Origin: a virus | IMG/VR virus record: IMGVR_UViG_3300033153_005382 | Coordinates: 1 to 64,000 of that record | DNA: 64,000 nt | Direction: 5' to 3' (one strand) | Shown here: positions 9,896 to 19,732 of the stretch, piece after piece | Position numbering within the stretch: position 1 is the stretch's first letter | How the letters are laid out: each line of letters begins with the position of its first letter | Notes under the pieces: model-generated | What the model saw: only the letters and a program-made list of their open reading frames with translations | Told to the model about the DNA's origin: nothing | Database searches by the model: none | Made by a program: the position numbers and the translations under genes

Positions 9896-10544
9896 CGATC
9901 ACGTCTTTCTCAACAGACGGTTCGATTTCTACCTGCAACAAGCTCACTGCCTTCAACAGATCGTCATCCGACACCTTCCTTAAATCTACCCCCGGCAACT
10001 CAACACCAACATTGATCTGCGTATTGATCAAACTTTCCTTGCCCACCGGAACAAGCCCCTTCAACCGGGCTAACTCCTTCAAGCAATCTAACTGTACCCG
10101 CAGCATATTCGGATCACCTGCTTGGCCTGTTACTTCCCTCACCTGTTTCTCTACAGTAACAAATCCTCTTCCTTCGCACGAACCACACCAATCTTCATCG
10201 CTGTCAAACCCTGATCCATTACACTCCTCACACTTCTCCTTCTCATACGTTATCCTCACCTTCTCCTTGTCTGTCCTTGACCTCTCGAATCCTACTACAG
10301 CTTTCTGGTAAACCTTAGTGACTCGCTCCTGTAACAGTTCGGCTTCGTAAAGTCCATCCTCCTTGTACTGTTGACGAAGATCATTCATTATCTTCTTTAC
10401 GTCTTGCGTCGCCATGGCCAGAGAAATCCCATGACGAATCGACAGCTCCGTCCGACTGGTTATTCCATTTAGAAAATCCGTACGTACTTTCCTCAACCGC
10501 TCCATCCTTTGTATTTCCTTACCGTCTGGCGGAGAACGTTTCAT
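9861..10544 (-). CDS. HTH protein with an inserted DnaJ-type Zn finger, possible terminase small subunit
   Basis: N-terminal HTH-like segment; CEECNGSG and CGSCEGRG; GDP..L ... ARLKGL. Confidence 0.45.
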   Translation of the reverse strand: MKRSPPDGKEIQRMERLRKVRTDFLNGITSRTELSIRHGISLAMATQDVKKIMNDLRQQYKEDGLYEAELLQERVTKVYQKAVVGFERSRTDKEKVRITYEKEKCEECNGSGFDSDEDWCGSCEGRGFVTVEKQVREVTGQAGDPNMLRVQLDCLKELARLKGLVPVGKESLINTQINVGVELPGVDLRKVSDDDLLKAVSLLQVEIEPSVEKDVIDVESKSAEEDR

Positions 10545-10820
10545 TTACTTCTTTATCCTAATCAACAGATTCTCCTCGGCTAGTATAGCAAACTCCTCCC
10601 CTTCGATCTCTACGAGACTGATGTCATACTTATTATACAAAACAATCTCGCCAACTCGAACCTCTTCGGTGTCTCTTCCAACAGCTACGACCTCGCCCCG
10701 TCCTGGCATTTGCCTCGCCTGGTCCGGAATGACTATTCCTCCCTCAGACATTTCCTCAGCGGCTTCCGGTCTTACCAACACTTTATCGCTTACTGGCAAT
10801 ACGTACTTCTCAATTTCCAT
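10545..10820 (-). CDS. groES: co-chaperonin GroES
   Basis: P.SDKVLV, GGIVIPD, GEVVAVG. Confidence 0.93.
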   Translation of the reverse strand: MEIEKYVLPVSDKVLVRPEAAEEMSEGGIVIPDQARQMPGRGEVVAVGRDTEEVRVGEIVLYNKYDISLVEIEGEEFAILAEENLLIRIKK

Positions 10821-11109
10821 TAGAATCTTCCTTTCTGATTATACCTTCGAACTCCAAAGCCTCGAATATCTGCTCGATGATTCCTTTGCCTACGTTGACC
10901 TGATCAATCAATTTCCTCTTAGCAGTACAATTCTCCTGCCGTACACACTCACAACACGCCTTCGTTTCTGCACACGAATAGAACAGTTCCAACACTGTAT
11001 TTATTCCAACCTTCTCCAATATGTTCACAGTTCTAGTACTAAGATCCAATTCGCCTATCGGCATGGACAACACCTCCTCCGTGATCGAAACTTCTTTATA
11101 TTTGCCCAT
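10810..11109 (-). CDS. stand-alone RNA polymerase alpha-CTD-like protein
   Basis: PIGELDLSTRTVNILEKVGINTVLEL ... NVGKG..EQI, with a Cys-rich insert. Confidence 0.75.
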   Translation of the reverse strand: MGKYKEVSITEEVLSMPIGELDLSTRTVNILEKVGINTVLELFYSCAETKACCECVRQENCTAKRKLIDQVNVGKGIIEQIFEALEFEGIIRKEDSNGN

Positions 11110-11695
11110 CGCTGCCTACCTCAATAACCTTTCCGAGAACAAACTCAGGGTACGCCTGATGATCAACATTGATAATGAACTGGAAATCAAGTCTCTCGGA
11201 CAATTCTTTCAGCATTCTCCTCAACCTTCGCCTGTACTCAATCCCACGTAAATTCTTGAACGGTTCGTCGAGAACTAACAACCTTCGTCGTTCAGGCCTC
11301 GCCAACAACACACATGATAGCCTCAGTCCAAACGAAACTACATCTACTACACCTCCTCCTACCTCATTCAACAAATCGTCGTACTCCTGTCCCTCCTTCG
11401 TCAAAACAAACCTGGCTGACGACCTTCCCCTCTTCTTCTCGAATATCAAGTCGAATCGGTATTCCGATCCAAATACAGCCTGCAAACACCGAGTTACCAA
11501 ATTCGCCACCTGTTTATGTACCTGAGCTTGTATTCCTTCTGCAATCGTCAAAACGATGTCTTTCGCCTCACTAACATTCTCTGCCTTCGTCTTTGCTTGA
11601 GAAAGATCCAACTTGCCAGCCTCCAACTGCTTGACAATCAATGATTTCATAGACTTCAACTCATCTGTTTTCTTCCGTACCTCAATCAAATCCAT
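11096..11695 (-). CDS. Rad50/SbcC C-terminal half (ABC signature plus Walker B)
   Basis: Coiled coil, VGGG signature, LVLDEPF, terminal H-loop. Confidence 0.8.
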   Translation of the reverse strand: MDLIEVRKKTDELKSMKSLIVKQLEAGKLDLSQAKTKAENVSEAKDIVLTIAEGIQAQVHKQVANLVTRCLQAVFGSEYRFDLIFEKKRGRSSARFVLTKEGQEYDDLLNEVGGGVVDVVSFGLRLSCVLLARPERRRLLVLDEPFKNLRGIEYRRRLRRMLKELSERLDFQFIINVDHQAYPEFVLGKVIEVGSDGQI

Positions 11696-11939
11696 CTAAC
11701 TTATCTCCCCACTTCTGATCAAACTCTTCCCAAGCTTCATCCAAATCCTCCTTTAGCTCCTCTTCCTCTTTCTTCAACTCCCCGAGCAATTCCTTGGCTT
11801 CCTTCAATGACTTACATCCAAACTCCTTCGCTATTGTGTTTCTAACAGCTTTCAGTTCTCCACTAGCCTTATCCCTCTCTGACCGCAAACACTCCACCTT
11901 CTTCTTTAACTGTTCGAACTGAGCTACAGTAATGTCCAT
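11682..11939 (-). CDS. small coiled-coil protein
   Basis: Heptad-rich; lies between Mre11 and the Rad50 C-half. Confidence 0.6.
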   Translation of the reverse strand: MDITVAQFEQLKKKVECLRSERDKASGELKAVRNTIAKEFGCKSLKEAKELLGELKKEEEELKEDLDEAWEEFDQKWGDKLDGFD

Positions 11940-12850
11940 TACTTGACTCCCTCTAATGCCCTATACACACATCGGCTAACTTCCTGACTCACATTCAATT
12001 CCCTCATCGCCCTTTCGACAGCAGTCCTGAACGACAAGGTATCCGTCGTGATCCCCTCAACACCTTCAACAAACCCCTCCAGCAGTCTCACCGACTCCTC
12101 ACTCAACCCTTCCTCTCCTTTCGTCCTTGTCTCAATCCATCTATCTTTAGACGTGTCCAACTTGATCCGTTCAACATGTCCATTGTCATACAAAACCCAC
12201 ACGCTCGGATCGATCTCCGCTTCGTTTATACTTTGCGGAATCAAACATCCGCAATTCACAATCCGACACCCTCCGACCTTTGCGGTAAACGGCTTGTGAT
12301 TATCACCAAACACTGCAAAGTCATACCCCTCAAGTGCTTCCTTCCATCCGCCTATATGCTTTTCACTCGGCGCTCCTACAAACCCATACCCCTTCCTCCA
12401 AACCAACGAATGTATCAAAGCTATCTTCACATCCGTCCTTGCTGAAGGCCTTTCAACTACTCGTCCCCACGGAAACGACCAAACCTTAGCTGCAGATGAC
12501 AGATTTGTCACATGATCAGACCCCCAAAACTTTCCGCAGTACGACAGCGTAGCAAATGCAGTCCGATTCAATCCTTCATACTCGTGATATGGTAAATCAT
12601 GCTGTCCTGTAATTGACAACATCTTTGGGAGATTCTTTACAGCGAAATTGATCAACTCCGGTGGCGGGTTCCATTTATCGAAAACGTCGCCTGCGCACAA
12701 AACCGGCAATTCCCTTTCAACTACTATCCTCCTAACCTGATCCAACGTCCTTGCCATTGCCTCATACCAACTAGGTTCTGTCGTTCTCGCAATCGGACAA
12801 CTATGCCGCAGATGAACATCCGACAAGCACAAACACAAAGGTCTAGCCAT
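11939..12850 (-). CDS. Mre11/SbcD-like metallophosphoesterase nuclease
   Basis: SDVH, AGDVFD, GQHD, GDNH. Confidence 0.88.
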   Translation of the reverse strand: MARPLCLCLSDVHLRHSCPIARTTEPSWYEAMARTLDQVRRIVVERELPVLCAGDVFDKWNPPPELINFAVKNLPKMLSITGQHDLPYHEYEGLNRTAFATLSYCGKFWGSDHVTNLSSAAKVWSFPWGRVVERPSARTDVKIALIHSLVWRKGYGFVGAPSEKHIGGWKEALEGYDFAVFGDNHKPFTAKVGGCRIVNCGCLIPQSINEAEIDPSVWVLYDNGHVERIKLDTSKDRWIETRTKGEEGLSEESVRLLEGFVEGVEGITTDTLSFRTAVERAMRELNVSQEVSRCVYRALEGVK

Positions 12851-12853
12851 CCC

Positions 12854-13891
12854 TCAGCTCTCCTTATGTCTGATTTCATTTCCACACAACGGACAAATCC
12901 CTTCCAATCTTCCTAATTCCTCTACCGACTCATCCAACCTCTTACTGTGTTTCATTACTTCTTCTTGACGACGAGACATCATCGTGACCAACTCAACTAA
13001 CCGTTCCGCTGACTTTTCCTTACCTCGCTTCTTCTTTACCATTCCCTCAAGCTTGTCCAAATCCGGCAGTTCAATAGTGGAGTTACCAGATAACTCAACA
13101 GTTCTTCTTATCAACTCCTCAAGCTGTCCACACCTTTGCTGGACCTCCCGATAAGATTCTGCCCTGGACTCCAATAACCGCGATGCTAGCCACACTTTTT
13201 TCGCTAGCTCTTGTCTCTCTTGGAGCGATAGCCACAATTCGATCCCAGAGGATAAACCCCCAGCTAGCCTCTGTTTTTCTTGCCACTGATCTGACAAAAC
13301 TTCAAGCCTCCTCAATCCCTTATCTACACTCGACACAAAGTCTAACTCCTTCAAAGCCTCTGTCCGTTCACTTACGACCTTCTCACACTGTCTAACATCG
13401 ACTTGTGCTTGTCGATGATCAACTGACAACCTCTCAACTACTAAATCAATAGACTCCAAATCAACGATTTCGTTTAGCCGGTGAGTCACCTCACTTCCTG
13501 TCAAACTCAACCAAAACGGGGCTTCGTGCTGTCCTTGAAAATTCGCCTCATCCATGGATAAGACCGACGATACTGTTTCAGGAACATCAGTCCCTATTGC
13601 CTTACACTTCTGTTCCTGCCCATTAGTTACTACTCCGTACGAATTCTCCTTTCCTTTGTGCCTAGTTACCTTTGAATCGTCCAACCAAACAGAAACAGTC
13701 ACCTCCTTACTTCCCATCCTAACAAACCCACTACCCCTCGGACGATTTGTTGCTACCCACTTCAATGCTCTCATTATCGTCGACTTACCACTGTCCGACG
13801 GTCCTATGATAGCAGTTATCATAGGATCGAACTGCAACCGTCGATCCTCGTAACACTGAAAATTCCGAATCTGCATCCTTGTCAACTTCAC
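12854..13891 (-). CDS. Rad50/SbcC N-terminal half (Walker A, coiled coil, zinc hook)
   Basis: IRNFQ, GPSDSGKST, Q-loop, ends at CPLCG. Confidence 0.85.
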   Translation of the reverse strand: MKLTRMQIRNFQCYEDRRLQFDPMITAIIGPSDSGKSTIMRALKWVATNRPRGSGFVRMGSKEVTVSVWLDDSKVTRHKGKENSYGVVTNGQEQKCKAIGTDVPETVSSVLSMDEANFQGQHEAPFWLSLTGSEVTHRLNEIVDLESIDLVVERLSVDHRQAQVDVRQCEKVVSERTEALKELDFVSSVDKGLRRLEVLSDQWQEKQRLAGGLSSGIELWLSLQERQELAKKVWLASRLLESRAESYREVQQRCGQLEELIRRTVELSGNSTIELPDLDKLEGMVKKKRGKEKSAERLVELVTMMSRRQEEVMKHSKRLDESVEELGRLEGICPLCGNEIRHKES

Positions 13892-14030
13892 AATAGCTTT
13901 CCTGTTATCTTGACCTCACACGAATTCCTATCACCCATGACCTTTGGGATCGCCACATACTCCGATCCGGATTCTACAATCCAATCCGTCACTTCCTCTC
14001 TACCTTCCATATCGCCAATTCCTTTGTTAG

Positions 14031-14276
14031 CTATTTCATTGAACCTGTCAAGACACAACTCTGCATCTCCCACCTATTCAAATGACCTATCAACTCTACA
14101 CACCATTTTACTTCTCTTCGACGTCCCAATCTAAGCTTTCGAACACTATCCGCACCCAGCATGGCTTTCAATTCCTCCCTTTCCAATTCAACAACTCCCC
14201 CAAGTATCTCTACTTCGAACAATCCTTGTGGCTTTCTTTTGACTGTTCCTTTGCAATTAAACACACGTCTCACCAT
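14031..14276 (-). CDS. hypothetical protein
   Basis: SD GGAG; operon orientation. Confidence 0.45.
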   Translation of the reverse strand: MVRRVFNCKGTVKRKPQGLFEVEILGGVVELEREELKAMLGADSVRKLRLGRRREVKWCVELIGHLNRWEMQSCVLTGSMK

Positions 14277-14288
14277 GACTATTCTCCT

Positions 14289-14786
14289 TTACCATTCTGA
14301 ATCGCCATTGATGTCTTTCCACGACAAGTCCAACAACCACAAAGCATCAGCTTGATTATCGTCTTCGATTTCCTCATCAGGCCAACGCTTCCTGGCACTC
14401 TTGACCATTGCTTCCTTGTCTCGTGATCCTTTTCCTTTTCCTTTGCCAACGGCATGATTCTTGATTTCTTCCAAATTGTACCCCTTATACTCAATCCCTT
14501 CTTTCTGTTCCACTATATACTCAATAATAGCTTGCATCTTAGTCTGCAACTTAACTGCTGAAAAACTGGCCCTAGGTCCGTGCCCAGCACTAACTGATTC
14601 GAAGACCACTACATCCACTAACGGAATCATCTCCATCAACTTCGACTCGAATCGTACTAGTCGCATCCCGCTTGACTCGTCTTTCTTCACCGTAAAGTCC
14701 CAAACGCCAGACAGGATGTCCGGTCCTTCCCCCCTGTAGGCCCAACCGGTCCGTGTGGCAAAATCAATAGCAAGTATTCGTTTCAT
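14289..14786 (-). CDS. RuvC-like Holliday junction resolvase
   Basis: ILAIDF...TGWA, VVFE, K..A.GKG, DDNQADAL. Confidence 0.85.
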   Translation of the reverse strand: MKRILAIDFATRTGWAYRGEGPDILSGVWDFTVKKDESSGMRLVRFESKLMEMIPLVDVVVFESVSAGHGPRASFSAVKLQTKMQAIIEYIVEQKEGIEYKGYNLEEIKNHAVGKGKGKGSRDKEAMVKSARKRWPDEEIEDDNQADALWLLDLSWKDINGDSEW

Positions 14787-15673
14787 CGTATCTTACCTAC
14801 AAGACTTCCCATTCCTAAACACTCCATGACCCAATCCCACTTTTCCTTGTTTAACTCATCCTCACTCAACTCAACTGAATCTAATCCCACCATGGGCAAA
14901 ACAGTCAGTTTCAAATTCCTGTCTACTACATCAGTACCTAATGCAATCGCCTTGGCCTTCGCTGACTCCTTCTTCAACTCTCCCTTCAAAAACTTAACCG
15001 CAGTCTTCTCCCCAATTCCTTTGATGCCTGGAATCCCATCCGATTTGCAGCCAGCAAGTGCTTTTACAAATGCCCAACGTTCCGGTTCAACTCCCCACTC
15101 CTTAACAAACGACTCAGCGGTTTTTACCTTCTTCTTCACTGGATTCCAAACAACAACTCGATCGTTCAAACACTGCCACAAATCCTGATCCGTACTAACA
15201 ACTACCGCCTCATCATCTGTACTCGTTACTAGTCTTACACAAATACTCGCGATCAGATCATCTGCCTCAAATCCTTTCTGGTAGAACACGTTTTGAAACC
15301 CAGCATCCGGTAAGTAAACAGTCCGTAGGTTCTTCAACTGTGTTCTCAAATCCTGCCTCACGATCTGCTCCTCCGTACTCAACTCTTCCCTTGCTTTTCG
15401 TCTGCCTTGCTTATACTCAGGGTATACCTTCAACCTCTCATCGTAACCTCCATCGAAACAAAACGCTACATATCTCGTCGAGAACAACTCCTGCAACGAG
15501 ATAACATCCCTGAACACTCCGTACAACACTCCTGTAGCCATTCCCCCGTGACTAAGTCCTCCCGTCGTGTACATAGCCCGATAAGCTAAGTTACTGACAT
15601 CTAACACTAGCCAAGTCCTCACTTGTACCTCCTCTCCCTTTCCACTACACAAGCTTTCTCGACAGCATTCCAC
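14783..15673 (-). CDS. 5'-3' exonuclease / flap endonuclease (PolI N-terminal or T4 RNase H type)
   Basis: LD..N..YR, FD, YPEYK..R, EADDLI, STDQD..Q, D.IPGIKGIGEKTA; likely start near 15622. Confidence 0.92.
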   Translation of the reverse strand: MECCRESLCSGKGEEVQVRTWLVLDVSNLAYRAMYTTGGLSHGGMATGVLYGVFRDVISLQELFSTRYVAFCFDGGYDERLKVYPEYKQGRRKAREELSTEEQIVRQDLRTQLKNLRTVYLPDAGFQNVFYQKGFEADDLIASICVRLVTSTDDEAVVVSTDQDLWQCLNDRVVVWNPVKKKVKTAESFVKEWGVEPERWAFVKALAGCKSDGIPGIKGIGEKTAVKFLKGELKKESAKAKAIALGTDVVDRNLKLTVLPMVGLDSVELSEDELNKEKWDWVMECLGMGSLVGKIR

Positions 15674-16752
15674 GTGCCTTGCACTAACTCTTCGACGTCC
15701 TCAATCATGCCTTGCTGCTCAATTCGTTTGATCACAGACTCCCGACGTCCTGTGAATTCCGGTCCTATGCCGCTGACACTTATTATCCCGTTCTTCGTCC
15801 TCTTCCAGGTTCCTTCCTCGACAAGATAGTCCACCATACTTCCCGTATTATCAATCCCGTACGAATGCAATATAGGAATCTGAGCTTCCCGCATCCGTCC
15901 AGTAAACCGATTCTTCTTGACCTTGACCTTACTGATAATACCCAACTCCCGTTTCTTTCCTTTAACCTCCTTCGTAATGTGTCCTCCAACCGAAGCCCAC
16001 AACTCAACATGGGCATAGAACTCCATTGCCCTACCGCCGCTCCTAGTCTTCTTCGGCTCGAACAATCCTCCGCCTACGTTATCCCGCGTCTGATTCAAAA
16101 TGATCAGAATGGAATCCGTCCGCTCCAACTCACCAACTACCTTCCGCAAATTCCTAGATGAAATCTTAGCCTTACCATCTCCATAATCGCCCTTCTCCTC
16201 CCCCGACTTGCCTCGCCGACTTGCCCTCTTGTGTGCGTCAAACTTCTTCTCCTCCGGCATGGAAGTCAACGCATCGATACTATCCTCAACGAAAATGAAC
16301 GGACGTCCATCCTCAATTGCATCATCTAGATGGTAGTACATATCCTCCAACGTCCGTGAGAATATCGGCTCGCCTTCTTCGGTGTACGACGGTGCTTCTA
16401 ATCTTTCGACTACGGCCTTCCCGAAGTAGAACTCCAAATCCATTAAAGCGCCATTCTCTGAGTTATCATAAATCAACCGATGGCGTTGAAACCGCTTGCT
16501 GAGACACGCCTCGGCAAAACAAGCATGTGATAGCCATGTCTTGCCGGATGACGTGTCTCCTACAAAAAGAACGTACGTACCAGCTCCGAATCCTTTCCTC
16601 ACATCTCCGGTTATCGCCAAGTTCAACATCGTACTTCCGGTGTGCAAATATGCATCTTCTTTTGGAGTTTGACGTCTTCCACTAAGCAACTGGCGTTTCA
16701 ACTCTTCGCTTCGCTTGATCATTCTAATCCTCGTCCTGATAGGCCTCCACAA
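15619..16752 (-). CDS. RecA/UvsX-like recombinase
   Basis: TGS..LN, GDTSSGKT, DSI.AL, NQTR, SGGRA..FYA, KNR. Confidence 0.9.
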   Translation of the reverse strand: MWRPIRTRIRMIKRSEELKRQLLSGRRQTPKEDAYLHTGSTMLNLAITGDVRKGFGAGTYVLFVGDTSSGKTWLSHACFAEACLSKRFQRHRLIYDNSENGALMDLEFYFGKAVVERLEAPSYTEEGEPIFSRTLEDMYYHLDDAIEDGRPFIFVEDSIDALTSMPEEKKFDAHKRASRRGKSGEEKGDYGDGKAKISSRNLRKVVGELERTDSILIILNQTRDNVGGGLFEPKKTRSGGRAMEFYAHVELWASVGGHITKEVKGKKRELGIISKVKVKKNRFTGRMREAQIPILHSYGIDNTGSMVDYLVEEGTWKRTKNGIISVSGIGPEFTGRRESVIKRIEQQGMIEDVEELVQGTWNAVEKACVVERERRYK

Positions 16753-16930
16753 AACAAGCCTCGCAGGCGGGCAGCTGATACGGGACTATGCCAACCTGCC
16801 TGCATTTGCCCTCCTCGATTGGCTTCCCACATCCACAACATTTGAACCTTCCGTCCGGAAAAACATACTCATGGGACATCTCATCTTCCCAAGCTTCCAA
16901 ACGTTCGACTGGGTCTGGCAAACACATCAT
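16724..16930 (-). CDS. small Zn-finger protein
   Basis: CCGC ... CEAC; abuts the SSB stop. Confidence 0.5.
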   Translation of the reverse strand: MMCLPDPVERLEAWEDEMSHEYVFPDGRFKCCGCGKPIEEGKCRQVGIVPYQLPACEACFVEAYQDED

Positions 16931-18103
16931 CTAATCCCAATCGTCAAAATCGTCAACACTGGAATCTCCTGAATCCGTCTCGCCTTCGTCCCACTCATCA
17001 TCTTCCTTACTAGTCTTCCCTCCATCGTCATCAGAACCATCACCGGCTTGACTTTGCGTACCCGACCCCTTGCACGGCCGGCATTTAGCTCCCTTCGAAT
17101 CCTTGCCAAACCCCCGACACGCCTTGCACGGGTTGTTTGGGACGTTCCTCAATTCATCAATATCAACGACGTGCGTATCATCATCGTCATCTGTTACCTT
17201 AGCTTTTGTCTTGCTAGGGTTGTACTTGACAAAAGTCACCACCCCCATATCCTCATGGACAACTTCCGTTCCTTCTTCAAATTCAGTCTCGCTACTTTCA
17301 GTCTTCTTGGCCTCACTCCTCCTTGTCTTTCCCTTCTTTGAATCCTCTTCTTTGACCGGGTCCTTGGCCATTTCCTCTTCTTTCTCTGAATCGTCAATCT
17401 GTAGGAAAACGGACTTGATCTTATCATACGACTCAATCTTGACCATATCATCAAGATCGTACACTTCGTCGAGTATCGACTTATCGTAATTCTTCGTACG
17501 TTTCTTGAACCCGATAGCCGAGGCATTATAGAACGTTCGTCCTCCTCCCATCGCCTTCTCTTCAAAAGCAACCTTCAACGTCAATCCGTCTTCCAAATCT
17601 GGAAAGTACTCAGTCTCCTCATCTGGATCGGCATTCCGTACCTCAGCATCCAACCTCTTCCCAAAAGTATGAAAACTGTAATCCCACAACTGGATACCTT
17701 CTTCGCGATCTTCAACGTCAATGACGTTGAACAACTGCCTTTCCTTTGGAGCCAACGCCTTGATCTCTTCCTCATCAGAATCTGGATCCTTCGCCAGTCG
17801 AGCTCGATACTCGCATATCGGGCATGGCTTTCCGGCGCTCTTCGCAGGACACACATACCATTGATCATTCGGTCCGATGTTTCGATGGACATAATACGTT
17901 CGCTCGAAATGCCAGTCGCCTTTCTCGGCTTCCGGATTGTCATCGCCTTTCACTACATACGGGATCAAATCAATCCGACGGGTCCCTTCCCGATCGACCT
18001 TGAACATTTTGACATCACTGTCGATGTTCAACGTATTAGACGAAAATCCTACCTGGTGTCCTTCCGCCCTCTTCCTCGCCGAAACTCTCTTTTTACGTGC
18101 CAT
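16931..18103 (-). CDS. T4 gp32-like single-stranded DNA-binding protein with a C-terminal extension
   Basis: H.N ... CP......CPICE Zn site, NVID; acidic tail DDFDDWD; extra CxxCxGxG pair. Confidence 0.75.
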   Translation of the reverse strand: MARKKRVSARKRAEGHQVGFSSNTLNIDSDVKMFKVDREGTRRIDLIPYVVKGDDNPEAEKGDWHFERTYYVHRNIGPNDQWYVCPAKSAGKPCPICEYRARLAKDPDSDEEEIKALAPKERQLFNVIDVEDREEGIQLWDYSFHTFGKRLDAEVRNADPDEETEYFPDLEDGLTLKVAFEEKAMGGGRTFYNASAIGFKKRTKNYDKSILDEVYDLDDMVKIESYDKIKSVFLQIDDSEKEEEMAKDPVKEEDSKKGKTRRSEAKKTESSETEFEEGTEVVHEDMGVVTFVKYNPSKTKAKVTDDDDDTHVVDIDELRNVPNNPCKACRGFGKDSKGAKCRPCKGSGTQSQAGDGSDDDGGKTSKEDDEWDEGETDSGDSSVDDFDDWD

Positions 18104-18127
18104 TACGTTTCTCCTGATATCTTGAAC

Positions 18128-18613
18128 TTAATCCCGACTACGTTGTCGGGGCTTTCGTCTCGTAGCCTTCCTCTCTACTGCTTCTACATCCTCCTTGTCT
18201 GAATTTTTTGCCCTTGGCTCACTGTAATAACTGGCTAACCACAAATCAACCAACTTACCTAACGCTGCTCTCCGATGATCCAATGCAGCCGTCATTGAGT
18301 TCGCTAAGTCCAACTGATACCGTGCATCGATCACTTCCTGACTTGCCTCTCCATATTTCGACTGTCGTACAATCGTATTACTGATCGAACCTTCAGTAAC
18401 CCTTGCCAAGCCAAACTTATCCGGATCCTCCCTGATCTCCTTATCTACCTCGGATTTTACTACGTCTAATCTCACTTTGGCCTCATCCAACTCACGTCGT
18501 GCGTCAGCAGCAATCCTCGCATACTTTCCATACAACGCTGACTGATTGATCCACTCCTGCTCCAAATTATACTCGTCGATCTCAAGGTCAGTTTTCTTGA
18601 TCACTGCTGCCAT
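18128..18613 (-). CDS. UvsY-like recombination mediator
   Basis: Long helical protein next to SSB and RecA. Confidence 0.55.
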   Translation of the reverse strand: MAAVIKKTDLEIDEYNLEQEWINQSALYGKYARIAADARRELDEAKVRLDVVKSEVDKEIREDPDKFGLARVTEGSISNTIVRQSKYGEASQEVIDARYQLDLANSMTAALDHRRAALGKLVDLWLASYYSEPRAKNSDKEDVEAVERKATRRKPRQRSRD

Positions 18614-18816
18614 TCTGCCTCCTCCTCCTCAATTCTCTTCCGAACGAACCGTCTTAGTTTATTATAAACCTCAGACGGTTCTTCTTCTTCTTCGCACGTT
18701 GACTCAACACTGACGTCCACCCTTACTAATTCAAACTGTGCAATCGGTATCGTCCGCCCGAACGCATACCTCACTTTCGTATCCTTAACCATACTTCTTC
18801 CCTCCCACGACAGCAT
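18601..18816 (-). CDS. hypothetical protein
   Basis: Coupled ORF; likely start MVKDTK. Confidence 0.5.
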   Translation of the reverse strand: MLSWEGRSMVKDTKVRYAFGRTIPIAQFELVRVDVSVESTCEEEEEPSEVYNKLRRFVRKRIEEEEAEWQQ

Positions 18817-19732
18817 GACAGGACGCTACCAAACCAGCCCTCCCAGTATCGTAAAACGGGTCTGAAAAACAATCTATGACGAAACATGCGTGACTTGTAT
18901 TCTTACCTCCTTTCAATGCTACCGATGTCATATACGACAACACCAATCGTCGAATGCCTTCGGCATTCTCTTCCAACGCTTCTATGCCTGACAAAATCTT
19001 TGCTACTTCACTCCATCCTTTCCGTCCCATCAAAGCTCTAGCGACTTCGATTGCATCCTTCTTTGGTTCCGTTCTCGATAACACGTCGAGCTGGTCGTTT
19101 ACTGGTACATTGATCACCTGAGCCAACATCACCAACGCTTTCCTAGCACTGCCTTCAGCAAGATCGGCAATCTTGTCCGAAACGTCCTCCCCCAATACTT
19201 TCCCCTCTTCATGTGCTACACGATTGATAAGCTTCTTCAAATCACTCAGACCAATCGACTTCAAATCAACGATCGTTGCCCTAGTCTTAATCGTCACCCT
19301 TAGCTTGTGAGGATCGGTCGTACAGAACATAAAGTACACCCAATCAGGAGTATCCTCCAACAACTTCAAAAACGCTCCCTGGGCATCGCTAGTTAACTTG
19401 TGTGCCTCGTCACACAACCACACACGACAACCTCCTCCCATAGGCCTCATTCCCCATCGTTCCTCAATACGTCGAACCATATCAATTCCACGTTGACTAG
19501 CAGCATTCACTTCGATAAAGTTGCTTCCTGTACATTTCAACTTACTGACAAGGATCCTAGCCAATGTAGTCTTGCCTACACCAGACGGTCCCGTAAACAA
19601 CAAGAAGTGCGGAATGCCATCGCCTTTCCACATCGACCCCAATGACTTGACCGCTTCGACCTGTCCTACAATTTCCTTGATATTACACGGTCTGTGTCTC
19701 CTGTACAATTCGACAGCGTTCTCCTCACTCAT
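18785..19732 (-). CDS. clamp loader AAA+ subunit (DnaX/RFC-like)
   Basis: YRRHRP, GQ, GPSGVGKTT, DEAHKLT, LKLLED, EGSARKAL. Confidence 0.92.
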   Translation of the reverse strand: MSEENAVELYRRHRPCNIKEIVGQVEAVKSLGSMWKGDGIPHFLLFTGPSGVGKTTLARILVSKLKCTGSNFIEVNAASQRGIDMVRRIEERWGMRPMGGGCRVWLCDEAHKLTSDAQGAFLKLLEDTPDWVYFMFCTTDPHKLRVTIKTRATIVDLKSIGLSDLKKLINRVAHEEGKVLGEDVSDKIADLAEGSARKALVMLAQVINVPVNDQLDVLSRTEPKKDAIEVARALMGRKGWSEVAKILSGIEALEENAEGIRRLVLSYMTSVALKGGKNTSHACFVIDCFSDPFYDTGRAGLVASCHAVVGGKKYG

